From: Elsinoe ampelina
Lineage: Eukaryota
Length of the DNA stretch: 64,000 bases
NCBI GenBank assembly: GCA_010093995.1
Contig: ML992530.1
Location: 1 to 64,000, forward strand
Reading direction: 5' to 3'
Part shown: in pieces, positions 37,472 to 49,856 of the stretch
Position numbering within the stretch: the stretch's first letter is position 1
Layout: every line of letters begins with the position of its first letter
Program-made: the position numbers and the translations under genes
Notes under the pieces: model-generated
The model's input: only the letters and a program-made list of their open reading frames with translations
What the model was told of the DNA's origin: nothing
Database searches by the model: none

Positions 37472-38104
37472 GGCGGATAGCGGAGAAGACTGTCAACGAT
37501 GCCGAGCAATAAGAATCGTTTCGGGTATAATCTGCAAGTGGTACTGATGGAGAATTTTGATGGTGATGACGATGATGGATGTCTGTGAAGGGTGTTTTAT
37601 GAAGCTTTTTGCTTTGGCTGCGCAGGAAGGTTTGCTTCAGGTCGTGAAGTGGAAGTTCAAGCTGGCCCACAAGCAACGATTCCGATTGGTCAATTGGAAA
37701 ATGCCATGTGAAGGGACGAGGATTGATGACGGGTTCCTTTGGTTGGGGACGCGTGGGAAAAGAAAGGGCATGAGCTCACAGCGGGCTGCAGCTCTGGCAA
37801 AAGCTCAGAGCTCAAAGGAAAGCTTCCCCGTCGCCCAAGAACGTGCCCGCCTCAACGTTGACGTCGACCTGTCCACCTTGCTCCCAAGCTCCTGAACCGT
37901 TTGATGCCGTCCCTGAACATGTTTCCTCCTCTCCTCAAGGTTTCTCTTCATGCGATGATCCGGTCGAATCCGTCTTCCTCCTTTGCCGAATACTCGTTCT
38001 GCCCGATAGATTCCGGTGATTGAAGCAGAATTGTTGACTGATCGCATTCCGCCATCAAAGTCTGTACAACTGCGAAATCAACAGAGCTCAACCCACCAGC
38101 CTCG

Positions 38105-39669
38105 ATGGCTACAGAGATCAAGACGGCGACGGCCACGGGTCGTGACACGGTCAATGGTCACGTCAATGGAACTCTCAATCGAGCCAGGAAAACCGCACCT
38201 CTACCACCAGATACAAATGGCAAACCTGTCCAGCCAGCAAAGCCGCCGCCATACCGCCATACATTTGCGGTCCACTCGACATCTCGAGCTTCATGTTTGA
38301 GTCATGACTCGCAAGCCTCTCCCAGCTTTCTCGGATTCAGGAATTTGATGGCGCTCGTCTTGGTTGTATCGAATCTTCGTTTAATGATTGAGAACTTCAA
38401 AAAGGTCAGATCAGCCATCTTACTTTAACAGCATGAATCTAAATAATCCAGTACGGTGTCCTCATTTGCATTCGTTGTCACGACTACCGCAGGCAGGATG
38501 TCATCTATGGAAGCATCCTCTACTTCCTCGTCCCTTGCCATCTCTTTGTCGCCTTCATCATCGAGTACGCTGCCTCGGAACAAGCTCGGGGAGCACTCTT
38601 TCGTGCTCAAAAGCGAGCTTCGGACCAGACCCAGGCCCGGTCAAAGGAGCTTGGTACCATCAGTGCTACCTGGTACTTCATTGCTTTCGCCCACGGCGTT
38701 AATGCTTCGATGAACCTGGTCATTGCTACTTGGGTAGTGTACTATCACATCCATCATCCCGGTATTGGCACTCTGTGCGAGCTCCACGCAGTCATTGTCT
38801 GGCTCAAGACCTGCAGCTATGCTTTCACGAATCGAGACCTCCGTCACGCCCTGCTAAATCCTGACAAGGAAGCTGAGCCAGACCTTTACAAGGACTGTCC
38901 TTACCCAAAGAATGTCACCCTCAAGAATTTGTGCTATTTCTGGTGGGCTCCGACGCTCGTCTATCAACCAGTTTACCCGAGGACAGAACATATCAGGTGG
39001 GGCTTCGTCTTCAAACGTGGTGTCGAAGTGGTCGCTTTGAGCGTTGTCATCTGGGTTGCGAGCGCACAGTACGCGGTGCCATTGCTCCAGAATTCCTTGG
39101 GAGGAATCTCTGAACTCGACGTCACCACCATCGTGGAGCGACTCATGAAGCTATCCACCATTTCCCTCTTTTGCTGGCTGGCCGGATTCTTCGCCCTCTT
39201 TCAGTCTTTCTTGAACGGTCTAGCAGAAATCATGCGCTTTGGTGATCGAGAATTCTATGGTGATTGGTGGAATTCGCACAGTGTCCGATCGTACTGGACG
39301 AGTTGGAACAAACCAGTCTCACAATTCATGAAGCGGCACATCTACTCGCCGATGATTGGACGCGGCGTACCTCCGACTGTTGCTCAGATCATCACGTTCG
39401 TCTTCTCCGGTGTGCTTCATGAGTTGCTGGTTGGAGTGCCTACTCATAACATCATCGGCGTGGCATTTGCAGGCATGATGTTCCAGCTACCACTCATCTT
39501 TCTGACGGACCCTCTCAAAAAGATGAAGGGGATCAATGGGAAACTACTTGGTAATCTTATTTTCTGGGTGTCATTCTGCTTGGTAGGACAGCCACTTGCG
39601 GCTTTGCTGTACTTTTTCGCATGGCAGGCAAAATACGGTTCAGTGAGCAAGCCGCAATTATGGAAATAG
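38105..39669 (+). CDS. MBOAT diacylglycerol O-acyltransferase (DGAT1/ACAT family); 2 exons
   Basis: SFLGFRNLM, YFWWAPTLVYQPVYPRT, AEIMRFGDREFYGDWWN, WNKPV, SGVLHELLVGVPTH, GNLIFW; intron about 38405-38451. Confidence 0.93.
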
Positions 39670-39880
39670 ATTAGCATAGATCAAACGACATCATCTTTCT
39701 ATTCTGATTAGATTGCTCACGTGGGTGGCGGTCTTGTTGCCAGTTGGCAGTCAACATGTGGTGGCCTAAAGTCCGCAGGGACACCTCGCGTTTGCATCAG
39801 GCACTCTTCGGGCGATACATCATAGCAATGACCCAGACTCTTTCATTTTTCGCTCTACCACATGCGTACCTTCCTTCAAT

Positions 39881-40506
39881 ATGGATGACACGCAGCCAGG
39901 CACGACACCAAATCGGCAATGGACTCTCGAAGAGCTAGCCCTGCTAAAGTCCGCTTCATCAAACATCCCTCCTGCAAGATTCAGGCTAACATATTCAGCG
40001 CCGAACGCGAACGTCTTGAGAATGAAATCAAACAACTCCAGCATCAGATCACCGGCCACAAGCTCCTTCATCGTGCCTCGTTCAAGGCTTTCATGGTACT
40101 TGCAGGTCTCATCGGGATTCTACTCTGTCTCCACTACGTAGTGGAATACTACTCCCGCACTCGTTCGGATGCATCTATTGGTAGCGGTCCCAGCCAGCGA
40201 ACACCACCATGGCAAAAACTTCAAGCTGCCAGAGTCGCAAAGCGGCAAATGATCCGGTATACGCCACTAGTCATTCTTCTGGTCGTCATGGTCAGAGTGT
40301 GGCATGAGGCAGTCGCCTTGACCATCGGCTACACCTGGCTAGTACTGAGGTCGATGCACCTAATCAGCGGTCCACTATTGGGCAGTATATATAGTGGCAA
40401 TGTCGCTGATCATGACTGGGCTGTGCTCGGCGAGCTGGTATTCGCAGCCGTCGGAGTGTTCGCGGTGGTGAACCCTGACGGATGGAAGCTCAGGTGGACT
40501 GATTGA
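39881..40506 (+). CDS. Hypothetical membrane protein (small tandem pair, copy A); intron 39949-39998
   Basis: ATG 39881 exon splices (GT..CTAAC..CAG) in frame into ORF 39919..40506; short coiled coil then several hydrophobic segments. Confidence 0.6.
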
Positions 40507-40678
40507 TCCGACGATGGCTGGACGAACGCTCAGTCTCGCCGTGCCACATGGCGGCAGAGACGAGACTAGTGCTTAGCTGCAGGTATGGCAAGCAAGGGAG
40601 GCGGAACACAATTTTTCATAACCACGACGATATGGCTACGACTTTTGTTTCGATTACTATCAGCGACGATACCACAAT

Positions 40679-41259
40679 ATGACGACCACGCATGATACAG
40701 ATGGTGACAAGTATGAGCAGCAAATTCAAGAAATTGTGCGCAAGAGCTTCCAGCTGGGGTCAGTGAGACGCATGCTCACTATCAATCGTACTGACAGTCA
40801 AATAGCCAGCAGGACTGCCCTCCCACGACCATTATCAACAAGCATATACGCGATTCTATCCTCAGACTACTAGCCATCACCATTGTCAATTGGCTCATCC
40901 ACGAACTGACAGCCTACTACTACATCTACGCCGCCGACGACCCTTCCTCGACCACCTCAACTCGCAATCGCGCCACCGACATGCGCAACGTCCGGGACCG
41001 CTTCCGTCGCTTCAGTCCTCTCGTCATGATTATTTCCATACTCGGCATCGCATGGCACAAAGAACTCGCCTTTCGTTTCTGGTTCGGTTGGAACATAACC
41101 AGATTTCTGAGATTCTTCACGGGACTGATGGCCTGGCACGTAGAGAGTGCCGTTGCGTCAGGGTGGTATGGAGACTGGAGTGTGGCGCTGGAGGTCATGT
41201 CCATGCCATGGACCATTGTTACGTCCTTGAAGAGTGGGTGGGTGGTGGGGTGGGAGTGA
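40679..41259 (+). CDS. Hypothetical membrane protein (small tandem pair, copy B); intron 40736-40797
   Basis: GTGCGC..CTGACAG intron joins ATG 40679 to an open frame running to 41259; hydrophobic segments align by eye with copy A. Confidence 0.55.
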
Positions 41260-42058
41260 GAAGGGAGAAGAGAGATGGTGTTTTGGACATGAAGGAGTTG
41301 TTACCTGTAGGCTTTGTCCGCTGGCCTGAATGACTGTGGCTACCGTATAGTTCCATCTGCCCTGCCAGCAGCCTGAACAGCACGAGTGATTACAGTTCAG
41401 CTTCGAGCAATATGTCCAACACATGCCTTTACCACTGAGGAGCGAGACCATATGAACGATTTACGGTATGAACATGGATCTCGTGAAACATTATCTGGAC
41501 ACTTTGGACGGAAGAGGAGACATGAGGAATGGTCCGTTCAAACAACAAGATCCGTCAAGGTTGAGGTCAGCCACGAGTGAGTGCTGCTGACTGAGCCTGA
41601 TGGCGTGCTGACCAAAGGCGAGCCGACCTTTAACTATACCTCGTCCTTCCGCTCTACTCGTCTGTCTTTCATATCTAAGACTCATCTCGCTCTCGCCTCG
41701 TCCTACTGCCCATGAAATACATTTCCCTGCTCACAAGGCCGTATTGAATCGTCATCAACATGCCGTCGACCGTGACACAGACAACGGAGCATCTCTCCTC
41801 CGCCCCGCCCGCTTTCCGAACGCAGACGAAAGCGACAGAAAGCCAGAGCTAAGTAAACACCTCACAACCACCATCTCCTTTCCTCCATCCCCGAGAACTT
41901 CTACCGCTGCCTGACCCACTCCCCAAGCTCAAAAAGCATCAATCCCACCCCTCAAGCAAGCTTCCATCCCCAGCATCCCCCTCCAGCGGAGCTCCAACAA
42001 ACCCTTCAACAAGCACCCACCTCCCAAACTCCCGCTTCCTCCCAACCAACGAACAAAC

Positions 42059-42544
42059 ATGGCACCAGTCCAATCCCTCCCCCTCGCCCTCCCGCGGGAA
42101 TACGGGTACATCCTCGTCCTCACCACCCTCACGACCCTCAACTCCCTCTGGCACGGCATCCGCGTCACCTCGTTCCGCAAAGCCGCCAGCCTCCCCTACC
42201 CCACCCCCTACGCCGACAGCGCCCAACTCGCCTCCGCGCCGTCCCCGGAGAAGAAACAAGCTCTGCACCTGTTCAACTGCGCCCAGCGAGCGCACGGTAA
42301 CTTTCTCGAGAACCAGACCGGGGTGTTGGTGACGATGCTGGTTGCCGGCGTGAGGTATCCCGTGGCGGCGTCCGTGTTGGGCGCCGTGTGGAATGTCGGG
42401 AGGGTGGTTTATGCGGTCGGGTATACGAGGAGGGATACGCAGGGGGGCAAGGCGAGGTTGCAGGGGAGTTTTTTTTGGTTGGCGCAGTTGGGGTTGATGG
42501 GGTTGGCGGGGTGGACGGGCGTGGGCATGTTGGGATGGGCGTAG
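42059..42544 (+). CDS. MAPEG family microsomal glutathione S-transferase 3-like
   Basis: LPREYGYILV, FRKAASLPYPTPYA, LFNCAQRAHGNFLEN, GRVVYAVGY motifs. Confidence 0.93.
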   Translation: MAPVQSLPLALPREYGYILVLTTLTTLNSLWHGIRVTSFRKAASLPYPTPYADSAQLASAPSPEKKQALHLFNCAQRAHGNFLENQTGVLVTMLVAGVRYPVAASVLGAVWNVGRVVYAVGYTRRDTQGGKARLQGSFFWLAQLGLMGLAGWTGVGMLGWA

Positions 42545-42825
42545 GGGATTTGGCTGAAGGAGCGGGAGAGGAAGGAGGAAGGGGATGGGGAGATGTGGTT
42601 GTGAGGAGGGGGGAGGGAAGGGGAACAAAGACACGGCAGGGATACGAGGTGGCAAGGACAGAGCAGATATATGTCGTGCCCAAAGGCAAACAGAATGTCT
42701 CCTTCCATTTCCGTACGTCCTCCCCGGGCGTAAGTCATGATATACAAAAGGCTGTGTGGATCCCTATGTTCTCGTGCCGGTTCCAGAGGAAGCAAAAATT
42801 CGTCACCATCTCGCTCCGTCATCCA

Positions 42826-45513
42826 CTAATCGTCTCCATCCTTGCCTTTCAAGCTGATACTGATGCCACCCAATCCCGTGACTTTGCTCATAGGACTATC
42901 CCTGCTCCGCAAGGTTCCCTTTCTCCGAAGACTGGGGCCATTCTCCTTCCCCGATCCGGGTGAAGGTGATTTGCTCTTTCGCTTCTTGCTCTCCAATTCC
43001 ATCTTTTCGTCCCTTTCTTCTTTGTGCGGCGCGTCTCGTGTAACGCTGTTCCGCCGCTTGCTGCTGACATTGCCGCTGGCCATGGCGTCAAGTGCATCCT
43101 CTTCGTCTTCTTCTCGTCGTCGCTTCTCGGCGCGTTCAGGCGGGCTCTCCTGCAGTGGATCAGGACTAGTGGGTCCGCTGCCAGGGCCCTGGTGGCGGTC
43201 TTTCCGATGCGACTTGAGTTTCGGTAGAGCGCTAGGTCGTTCTTCCTCCTGTTGTGGACTGGCGGAGAGTACATCCATACCATCTGCGTCGTCTTCGTCG
43301 TCACCATAGGCGACAAGAGGTCGAGCTGGGCTTGCCCCATTGGTAAGAGGCTTGACTGCAGCATTGGCTGGGAGGCCGTCTTCTTCATCTTCTTCACCTT
43401 CATCTTCGGGGTCAGAAGTGTTGAAGTAAGCCTCTTCATCAGCATCGGCTTCCTTGAGACCTGCGCCCCATCGAGCGCCACCATTAATGAGACCGCGATT
43501 TGGTGTGTTGGCACCTTGGGTGGAAAAGGATGACTCTTCTGCAATAGGCTGATAGCCTGCTTGGAGCTTCTCATAGTTTTCGATCAGTTGCGCAAAAGTG
43601 TCCACGTATTCGATCGCAGCGAAACGAGGGCGGAAAGTTTCTACGAGATGGATGACGAGAGGCTTGCCACCATCTCGTTTTACGAATTCGAAGAACTCGA
43701 GACAAGCAGAATTGAGGAGATTGTCTCGTTGCGACGTTCCTTCGAGAAGAGCAAGTATAGGTTCGAGAAGACGATTGTTAATGATCTCCCGGTTGTGAAA
43801 GTCATCGCACAAGCTGATGCATGTTCGGAACCACCGGATTGCAGCTAGCTTGAGGTGCTTTTGCGGACAAGTCATGAGCTGTGCTATCCGAGCATGCAAT
43901 CCTTCCGACAGTGTGAAGTATTTCGCACGGTAAGCGTGTGCTCGGAGAAAGAAGCACAGAATACCGACGAGGTGCTCGTGTAGTGATGCTTCTTGCACGG
44001 ATATGTTCGAGAGATCCTTCCTAGATTCAAGCTCCTTCAACGGTTGGAACAATTTCTTCGCGGACTCGTCGTAGAAGTTCTGGATGAACGTTTCGGTCTG
44101 CGGCACTGTTGTCGCGTTTGACCTGATCTTGGCGAGAAAGTCTCCATTTGTACGCCCCAACATATCCATGGATGTTGAATTGGACGTCGGGTCCAGAAGC
44201 ACCTTGATCGCATCCGCCATTTGTGTCTTGACGCCCAAATCTTGCTCCACTAATAGCAACTCCACCAATGTGTCCGTCAATGGTTTCGTCTTTTCGTTGA
44301 TCGCTTTGAAGATGTATGTGCGCATCATGGCTGGATCATGATCAATAAGCGCGACAAGTATATCTGATCCAGCAACTCGCACTGCAGCATCCGGGTGGGT
44401 AAGCGCAAATGTGAGCACATTGAATAGACCGCCATTGATGAAGTTTTGGAACAGCTGTGCTCTTGACGTTGCCTGGATGTTCTTGGCCACGGCGCACAAA
44501 TGCTGAATGAAGAGTACCGCATCCTTCTTCCGTTGTCTGTCCTGCTCTTGCGGGCCAAAGATTGAGAAGAGTTCGGTAAGGAATGGGGTGTTGCCTTGGA
44601 TGTGGTTGACAATGTCGACCTGGTGGAAGAAGATGAGAGAGTTCAGGACAGAAAAGGTCGGGTCGTCCAAGATGCGCGCCAATACCACGTCCTTCAGATA
44701 GTGCAACCGGTATGTGTGGTGAATCTTGCGCCTGATCTCCATGCTGTCAATCTTGACCACCTCTTTGAATTTCGAGTTATTCGCCAGGTATTGTCGGTGA
44801 TTCGCCTTGTGACTGGGAAAGTCCGGATCATACTCGAGAGCGCCCACCACACCAAGTATAAGCTCGTCTCTTACAATGAATTCGATGATGCTTGTATCGT
44901 TAAGTAAGATCAACGTCTTCATGATATTGCAAAGCCTATGCAGGTCAGGTAGATCCTCGAGATCTTCGGCCATTTCGACCAAAGGCGCGAGTTTCGAAAT
45001 GTACAGAGAGTCGGGCGCCATGACGAATTTGGCGAGCGCATCACGTCCTGGAGTAGATTGACTGGCGTTCCGCATGATATTCTCCACCTCGTGAAGATTG
45101 CCAAGCTCTGGAGCGGGAAGCATTATCGCGCTGCCATTCTCGAGCATATCGTCATCCAAGTCGTCGGGTGCCATTGCCAGGAGTCGCTGTTGCACTTCGT
45201 ACACGAATTCCCAAATTGCAGAGCAGCCTTCGGGTTCTTGAAAACTCAGTGCCATGTCCACGCCTGTCGGCTCGGTCCACACAATTAAGGTATCTTGTTG
45301 CTTTTGATATCCGTCATCTTTTGCTATCCGAGTCTCCAACAGCGTCCGATTGGGGTCATCTTCTGATTGTACAAAAATTCGGGCGTCCTCTTGTGTTATT
45401 ACATGTCCATGACAGAAACCAGTGCCCCGATCATACCAGTCATTGTTCTTCAGTTCGTAGACTTTGACGCGCTTTCGAGGCTCAGCAGTGGGAGCTCCAG
45501 CATTGGTCGCCAT
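42826..45513 (-). CDS. PSY2: Protein phosphatase 4 regulatory subunit 3 (Psy2/SMEK)
   Basis: RVKVYELKNNDWYDRGTGFC EVH1-like start, KQQDTLIVWTE, ALEYDPDFP, IHHTYRLHYLKDVVLARILDD, RDNLLNSACLEFFEF. Confidence 0.95.
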   Translation of the reverse strand: MATNAGAPTAEPRKRVKVYELKNNDWYDRGTGFCHGHVITQEDARIFVQSEDDPNRTLLETRIAKDDGYQKQQDTLIVWTEPTGVDMALSFQEPEGCSAIWEFVYEVQQRLLAMAPDDLDDDMLENGSAIMLPAPELGNLHEVENIMRNASQSTPGRDALAKFVMAPDSLYISKLAPLVEMAEDLEDLPDLHRLCNIMKTLILLNDTSIIEFIVRDELILGVVGALEYDPDFPSHKANHRQYLANNSKFKEVVKIDSMEIRRKIHHTYRLHYLKDVVLARILDDPTFSVLNSLIFFHQVDIVNHIQGNTPFLTELFSIFGPQEQDRQRKKDAVLFIQHLCAVAKNIQATSRAQLFQNFINGGLFNVLTFALTHPDAAVRVAGSDILVALIDHDPAMMRTYIFKAINEKTKPLTDTLVELLLVEQDLGVKTQMADAIKVLLDPTSNSTSMDMLGRTNGDFLAKIRSNATTVPQTETFIQNFYDESAKKLFQPLKELESRKDLSNISVQEASLHEHLVGILCFFLRAHAYRAKYFTLSEGLHARIAQLMTCPQKHLKLAAIRWFRTCISLCDDFHNREIINNRLLEPILALLEGTSQRDNLLNSACLEFFEFVKRDGGKPLVIHLVETFRPRFAAIEYVDTFAQLIENYEKLQAGYQPIAEESSFSTQGANTPNRGLINGGARWGAGLKEADADEEAYFNTSDPEDEGEEDEEDGLPANAAVKPLTNGASPARPLVAYGDDEDDADGMDVLSASPQQEEERPSALPKLKSHRKDRHQGPGSGPTSPDPLQESPPERAEKRRREEDEEDALDAMASGNVSSKRRNSVTRDAPHKEERDEKMELESKKRKSKSPSPGSGKENGPSLRRKGTLRSRDSPMSKVTGLGGISISLKGKDGDD

Positions 45514-48500
45514 CTCTCAGAAGTGAGCGCTTGAGTGCGCAAATGATGCTACCCGCCTGCTGAGATCTTTGAAGGTCGAGTTGTGAGTTTGAGGAGATTT
45601 GTAAGAGTAATGTGGTGTGGCGAGGTATGAGTTGCGCGATCGGCGGAGCTCGTGCGACCGTCTACTCGCGTCGGCGACGTCGCAAATGTCGCGTTAAGAA
45701 GGTGTAATGAAGTCCGTATGTATGTGTAGGTGTTGCGCAAAGTGATCGAGGTCGGTACTGTACAGTCTCCTTCTGCTCGCGTGCTCAAAACCTATCCGAC
45801 AAGGATGGTGCGCAAAGCGTCAGGAGACAGATTGAGGCTCTAGGCAACGGACGAGGTTCATCGCTGCGAACCCATCGTCAATTGTCCAGTCGAGGTGGTA
45901 TAGCGATGACGTCCAGCGTCCGATTGAGCACGTGCAGGGGAAGTGCCGACAAGAAACGTGGAATTTTTGATCTGGCGCGTAACTTGGATGGAAGGTTGAC
46001 ATTGGGTCTCGAACGTCACCGGAAAGGTTTGAGCGACGGGACTCCCGGCATTTCCCTACTCGGATGTACCCGTGAAGCCATGCCAAGTAATGACTCGTAG
46101 TTATACTATTTTCATGTACTTGTGAATGATCACTTACTCTTGCATGATGCTATTCCGCAGACGACGTAACCGTACGTGGCGCAGGCATTATTCATTTCGT
46201 AAAGAATACTGACATTCTGCATGGGCAAAACCGTTCTAGAAGCTAGCAGTGAGTATGTACGCACACCTGATCTGTTTGTCGTTGTGGAGCATGGAACAGG
46301 GCAAGGGTTCAGCAAGCTGTTCTTCTCGAGTCTTGCATCTCCACAGGCTGATCACTTTCGGGGCGATCTTGCTTGTTTTTCCAACCAGGTGAAACGTGTT
46401 CTGGAAGACTGTCGTTTTGGTGCTTCTTGAGACAGCTTCTAACTCCATGTCCTCGACATAGCTTCTGGCCTCTCGATGTCGAACAGCATCAACAACGGAC
46501 CAGCAAACAGAGCCAAGGCGTCGTTGCTGTCGTTTGAGGATACGTGCATTGTCGTCGTCATTGTGGTTGGAAACTGCGTGTTCATGGAAAGTCACTGCTG
46601 GTCGATGGTGAGGCAGGTGGGAGGTACCTAACCAAAGCTGCACATTTTCATCCCGCTTCAGCAGTGTAGTACTACACCAGACCTCCCTGCCTTCGCTTAC
46701 CCACCCGTTGTGACATTAACCGTCTGGCGTAACCGTTGTCGTTCCTCACAGCACGACCGCAGTCTTCAGGGCGGGAATGATCACGCACTCGATGAATTCG
46801 TCGATAAGTAATTTCCACACCGATACTATCACTTCCTTTTCGTTTTGCAGACCCACGTGGATCCTTTCTCCTGCCGATATGGAGAGTCTCAATGACAAGC
46901 GAGACCTTGGCAGGCAGAATGGTCTGCTTGCTCAACGAACTATCCAGAGCATGTCTCAGATTACTGCTTGCAGCTATTTTGATACCACAAAAGCCACCTC
47001 GCAACGATAATGATACCGAATGTGTGGGCATCGGGAAGACCGTACGATCCAGATCAGCCATTGATGAGGCGGCAGACATCGTATCTAAAGTACATGACCG
47101 AGCAAGAAGGAAAGAGGCAACCATGGCTAGCGCCCTCTCTCAAAGAGGAATCATAGCAGAGCCGCCCGTCCCAATCTGGATCATTGGTTGCAGGTGCACC
47201 TTATCCTGCATCATTCATGCACAATCCCTGTCCATGCGAGCATTTGATGAGCAAATGCTTATCGTTTCTGCAAGTCTCAGGTTGAACTATCGCTCCTTTC
47301 GAGACCCACTCGTCCATTTCGATAAAGGCCAGATCATGGCGACACGGGCTGCGTTGGAAATGCGGTGGTCGGCGATTGCGGCGAGCTGGAGAACGGTCAC
47401 AGCTCCGGTGAGTCTCTTGAAGCTGCAGGGCAGGCCAGCGTTTTGCGTACAGCTCTCCATTGTGAATCAGTCGGTAACTCCTGTTTGCCTGCAGGTACGC
47501 GACAGGTCGACAAGGTGTATTCACACATCGACCAGGCGTCTACAGAGTACACTTTCCAGGAAACTGGAATCATTCAATCAAAGGATTCTCGATGAGCCGC
47601 AAAAATGGATAATGTATTCAACCATTAAACTCGGTCGTCCTCTGGCCGCACAGGGCCGCACCTAAAGGGGGGAAAGTCTTTTCGATCGTCATGTTTCCCA
47701 GAGCAGGAAATGCGTGGCTTGCTCTGCCGCCCTGTCTGTGAGCTGTCACCGCACGAACCACGCGCTGTGTGCACGCCAGAGTCGCTAGTCTTCGGGAGGC
47801 CCGCTTTTCCGCATCTCTTCACAACCTGTTTTGAGTTTGTATAGTCATAGATCTGGTGAGGTACCACTAGCTCCGTCCCTTCGTCTTTCCGGCTATCAGG
47901 CATGTTTCGGGTCGACATGATGGTTGCACGAACGACGGATGGTCTTGGATGGTCTCGATGGATCGTCAGAGTCCTCGCGTAAGTCGCGTCTTGCACAAAC
48001 GAGACCGTTGGTCGGACCCAGCGGAGCCAAGACTTTGGGGTGCAGCTTTGACAGCGGACAGCAACAGGAGACGACGACACTGAAGCAGGACCAACTGACA
48101 GGAGGTAGACACGTGTTGGCATGTCACAGCTCCGGCGCGTGCAATTGTCAACCCTATCGTCATGGAGGATGCTGGGTTGGCGAACTTACTCTATCTACGA
48201 CTCGATTTGGACGCATTCGGCAAGCCAGTGGGCACTAGAAACACTACATCTGCAGAGGTGATAAGGTTGATTGCAAGAACTTGATGGCGTTTCCCAGGCC
48301 GCCAGCGCACTTTCGTTCGTGTTTGATACCACCCAGACCAAACTCTGGCCAACAAGCTCCGTCTCGCTCATGTACCCTCTTTTTGCGCCTCAGCGTTGCG
48401 GCTTGGTAGCCCAACACTGACCGTTAGCCTCACCACTATCAATTCACCTCCGATACTCCCGCGCCTGGCGTTTTCTAGCTTGGATCTGAACAAGCTCGTT

Positions 48501-48791
48501 CACGTTTTGCCCTGTCCACCATGTGGCACTCGGGCTTGCTGAGAAGGAGTAAGCGCCATCATCACCGGTGTTCAAATGAGGCCCATCTCCCGAAGGATAA
48601 GTTCTGACCCTCTTTCATATACGAAGGGTTCTTATCTAGAGTATTCCGTTTCGTTTCATAGCTCTGTCCCTCACGATCTCACTCGCTATCTACCCTCGCT
48701 CAGCAGCTCATCAGCAAACTCCCTGGACTTTGCAACCTTACCTGGTACACCCATATTCCACCTCACTCACTGATACTATACCCCACCAGCA

Positions 48792-49856
48792 ATGGCCATC
48801 TTCTCCAAGCTCAAGGGCTCCAAGGAGAAGAAAGATACCAAGGCACCAAAAGACGACGAACCCAAAGCTCCGGTCAAGCGGGAACCATACATCCCAAGAT
48901 ACGCCGTTCGAGACGCTCTTCAATGTGCCCCTACGTCGTGGAAGCAAGACAGCTATGATGCCTTCCGGAAAGCTCACCAAGAAAGATTCGCCAGAGAGCA
49001 AGGAGAGATGCACAATAATGGCTGGTCCAACCCCAAGCTGTCCTCCAGACTGTCCATGTCGAGGAACTCCAGCGCTTTGTCAGTCGCCATGATGGATAGC
49101 AGTCGTCCATCTTCTTCCAGAGGACACTCGGCTCATCCTACTGGCTTTGCCTCCAGCTCGTCCAGCTATGTCAGCGTCTCTGGACTGGCCGCCGGTGATG
49201 TTCCTGTTCCCGCCATTCCGGCTCAGTACACTTCCCAGGCATCCACTCCTGGGCCGTCCACACCTCGCAGCCTCTCCCGTAGCTCCAGCTACCTCCAACC
49301 ACAAAGCTTGGAGGCCCATCTCCAGTCAATGCCTTTGGCCAGACCAAACCCACCCTTCCGCCACTCCTACGCCCACCCAAGTCCCACAGGCACACGGAAG
49401 CCCATGGGTCACAACTTTGGTGCGTTGCGTGAGGTCCCAATGTAAGACTTGACTGACAAATCTACAGGATCTACTCCAATGGAGTCGCCAGATGAGACAC
49501 CAACTGACAGCCGCTCGACGTCTCCAAATGACAATGTCAACCTGTCTTCTTCTGCATCCACCTCGTCAGACTCTTCCGGAGAAGTGGTCGAGATTCCATC
49601 AAGACATGGCTCCCCTCACGACTCTCCCATGGTGACTCCTGTGGTTGCGCAAAAGGAGCGCATCTACCCTATGGATCCTCGCAAGCTCGGCAAGGCCCCT
49701 GTCATCACTATCGAGGAGTCGACACCACCGGCCAAGAAGTACTTTGCTCACTCTACTAAGCCTATCGACGTGGCACCGACTTCGCCCCAAGCACCACCCC
49801 AGAAGAAGGCTCGGTTCAGTCTGATCCGCAGAAGTCAAGCTGTGTCCGCCCACTAG
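48792..49856 (+). CDS. Hypothetical Ser/Pro-rich protein; intron 49420-49467
   Basis: Two ORFs join in frame via GTGCGT..CTGAC..CAG; strong codon bias; PYIPRYAVRDALQCAPTSW segment resembles a motif I recall in uncharacterised Pezizomycotina proteins. Confidence 0.7.

Noticed and set aside
45820..48500. ORFs in the long gap after PSY2 (46236..46643 minus, 46892..47665 plus, others)
   Set aside because: No motifs or clear codon bias; a spliced minus-strand model near 46.2-46.65 kb is possible but too weak to call
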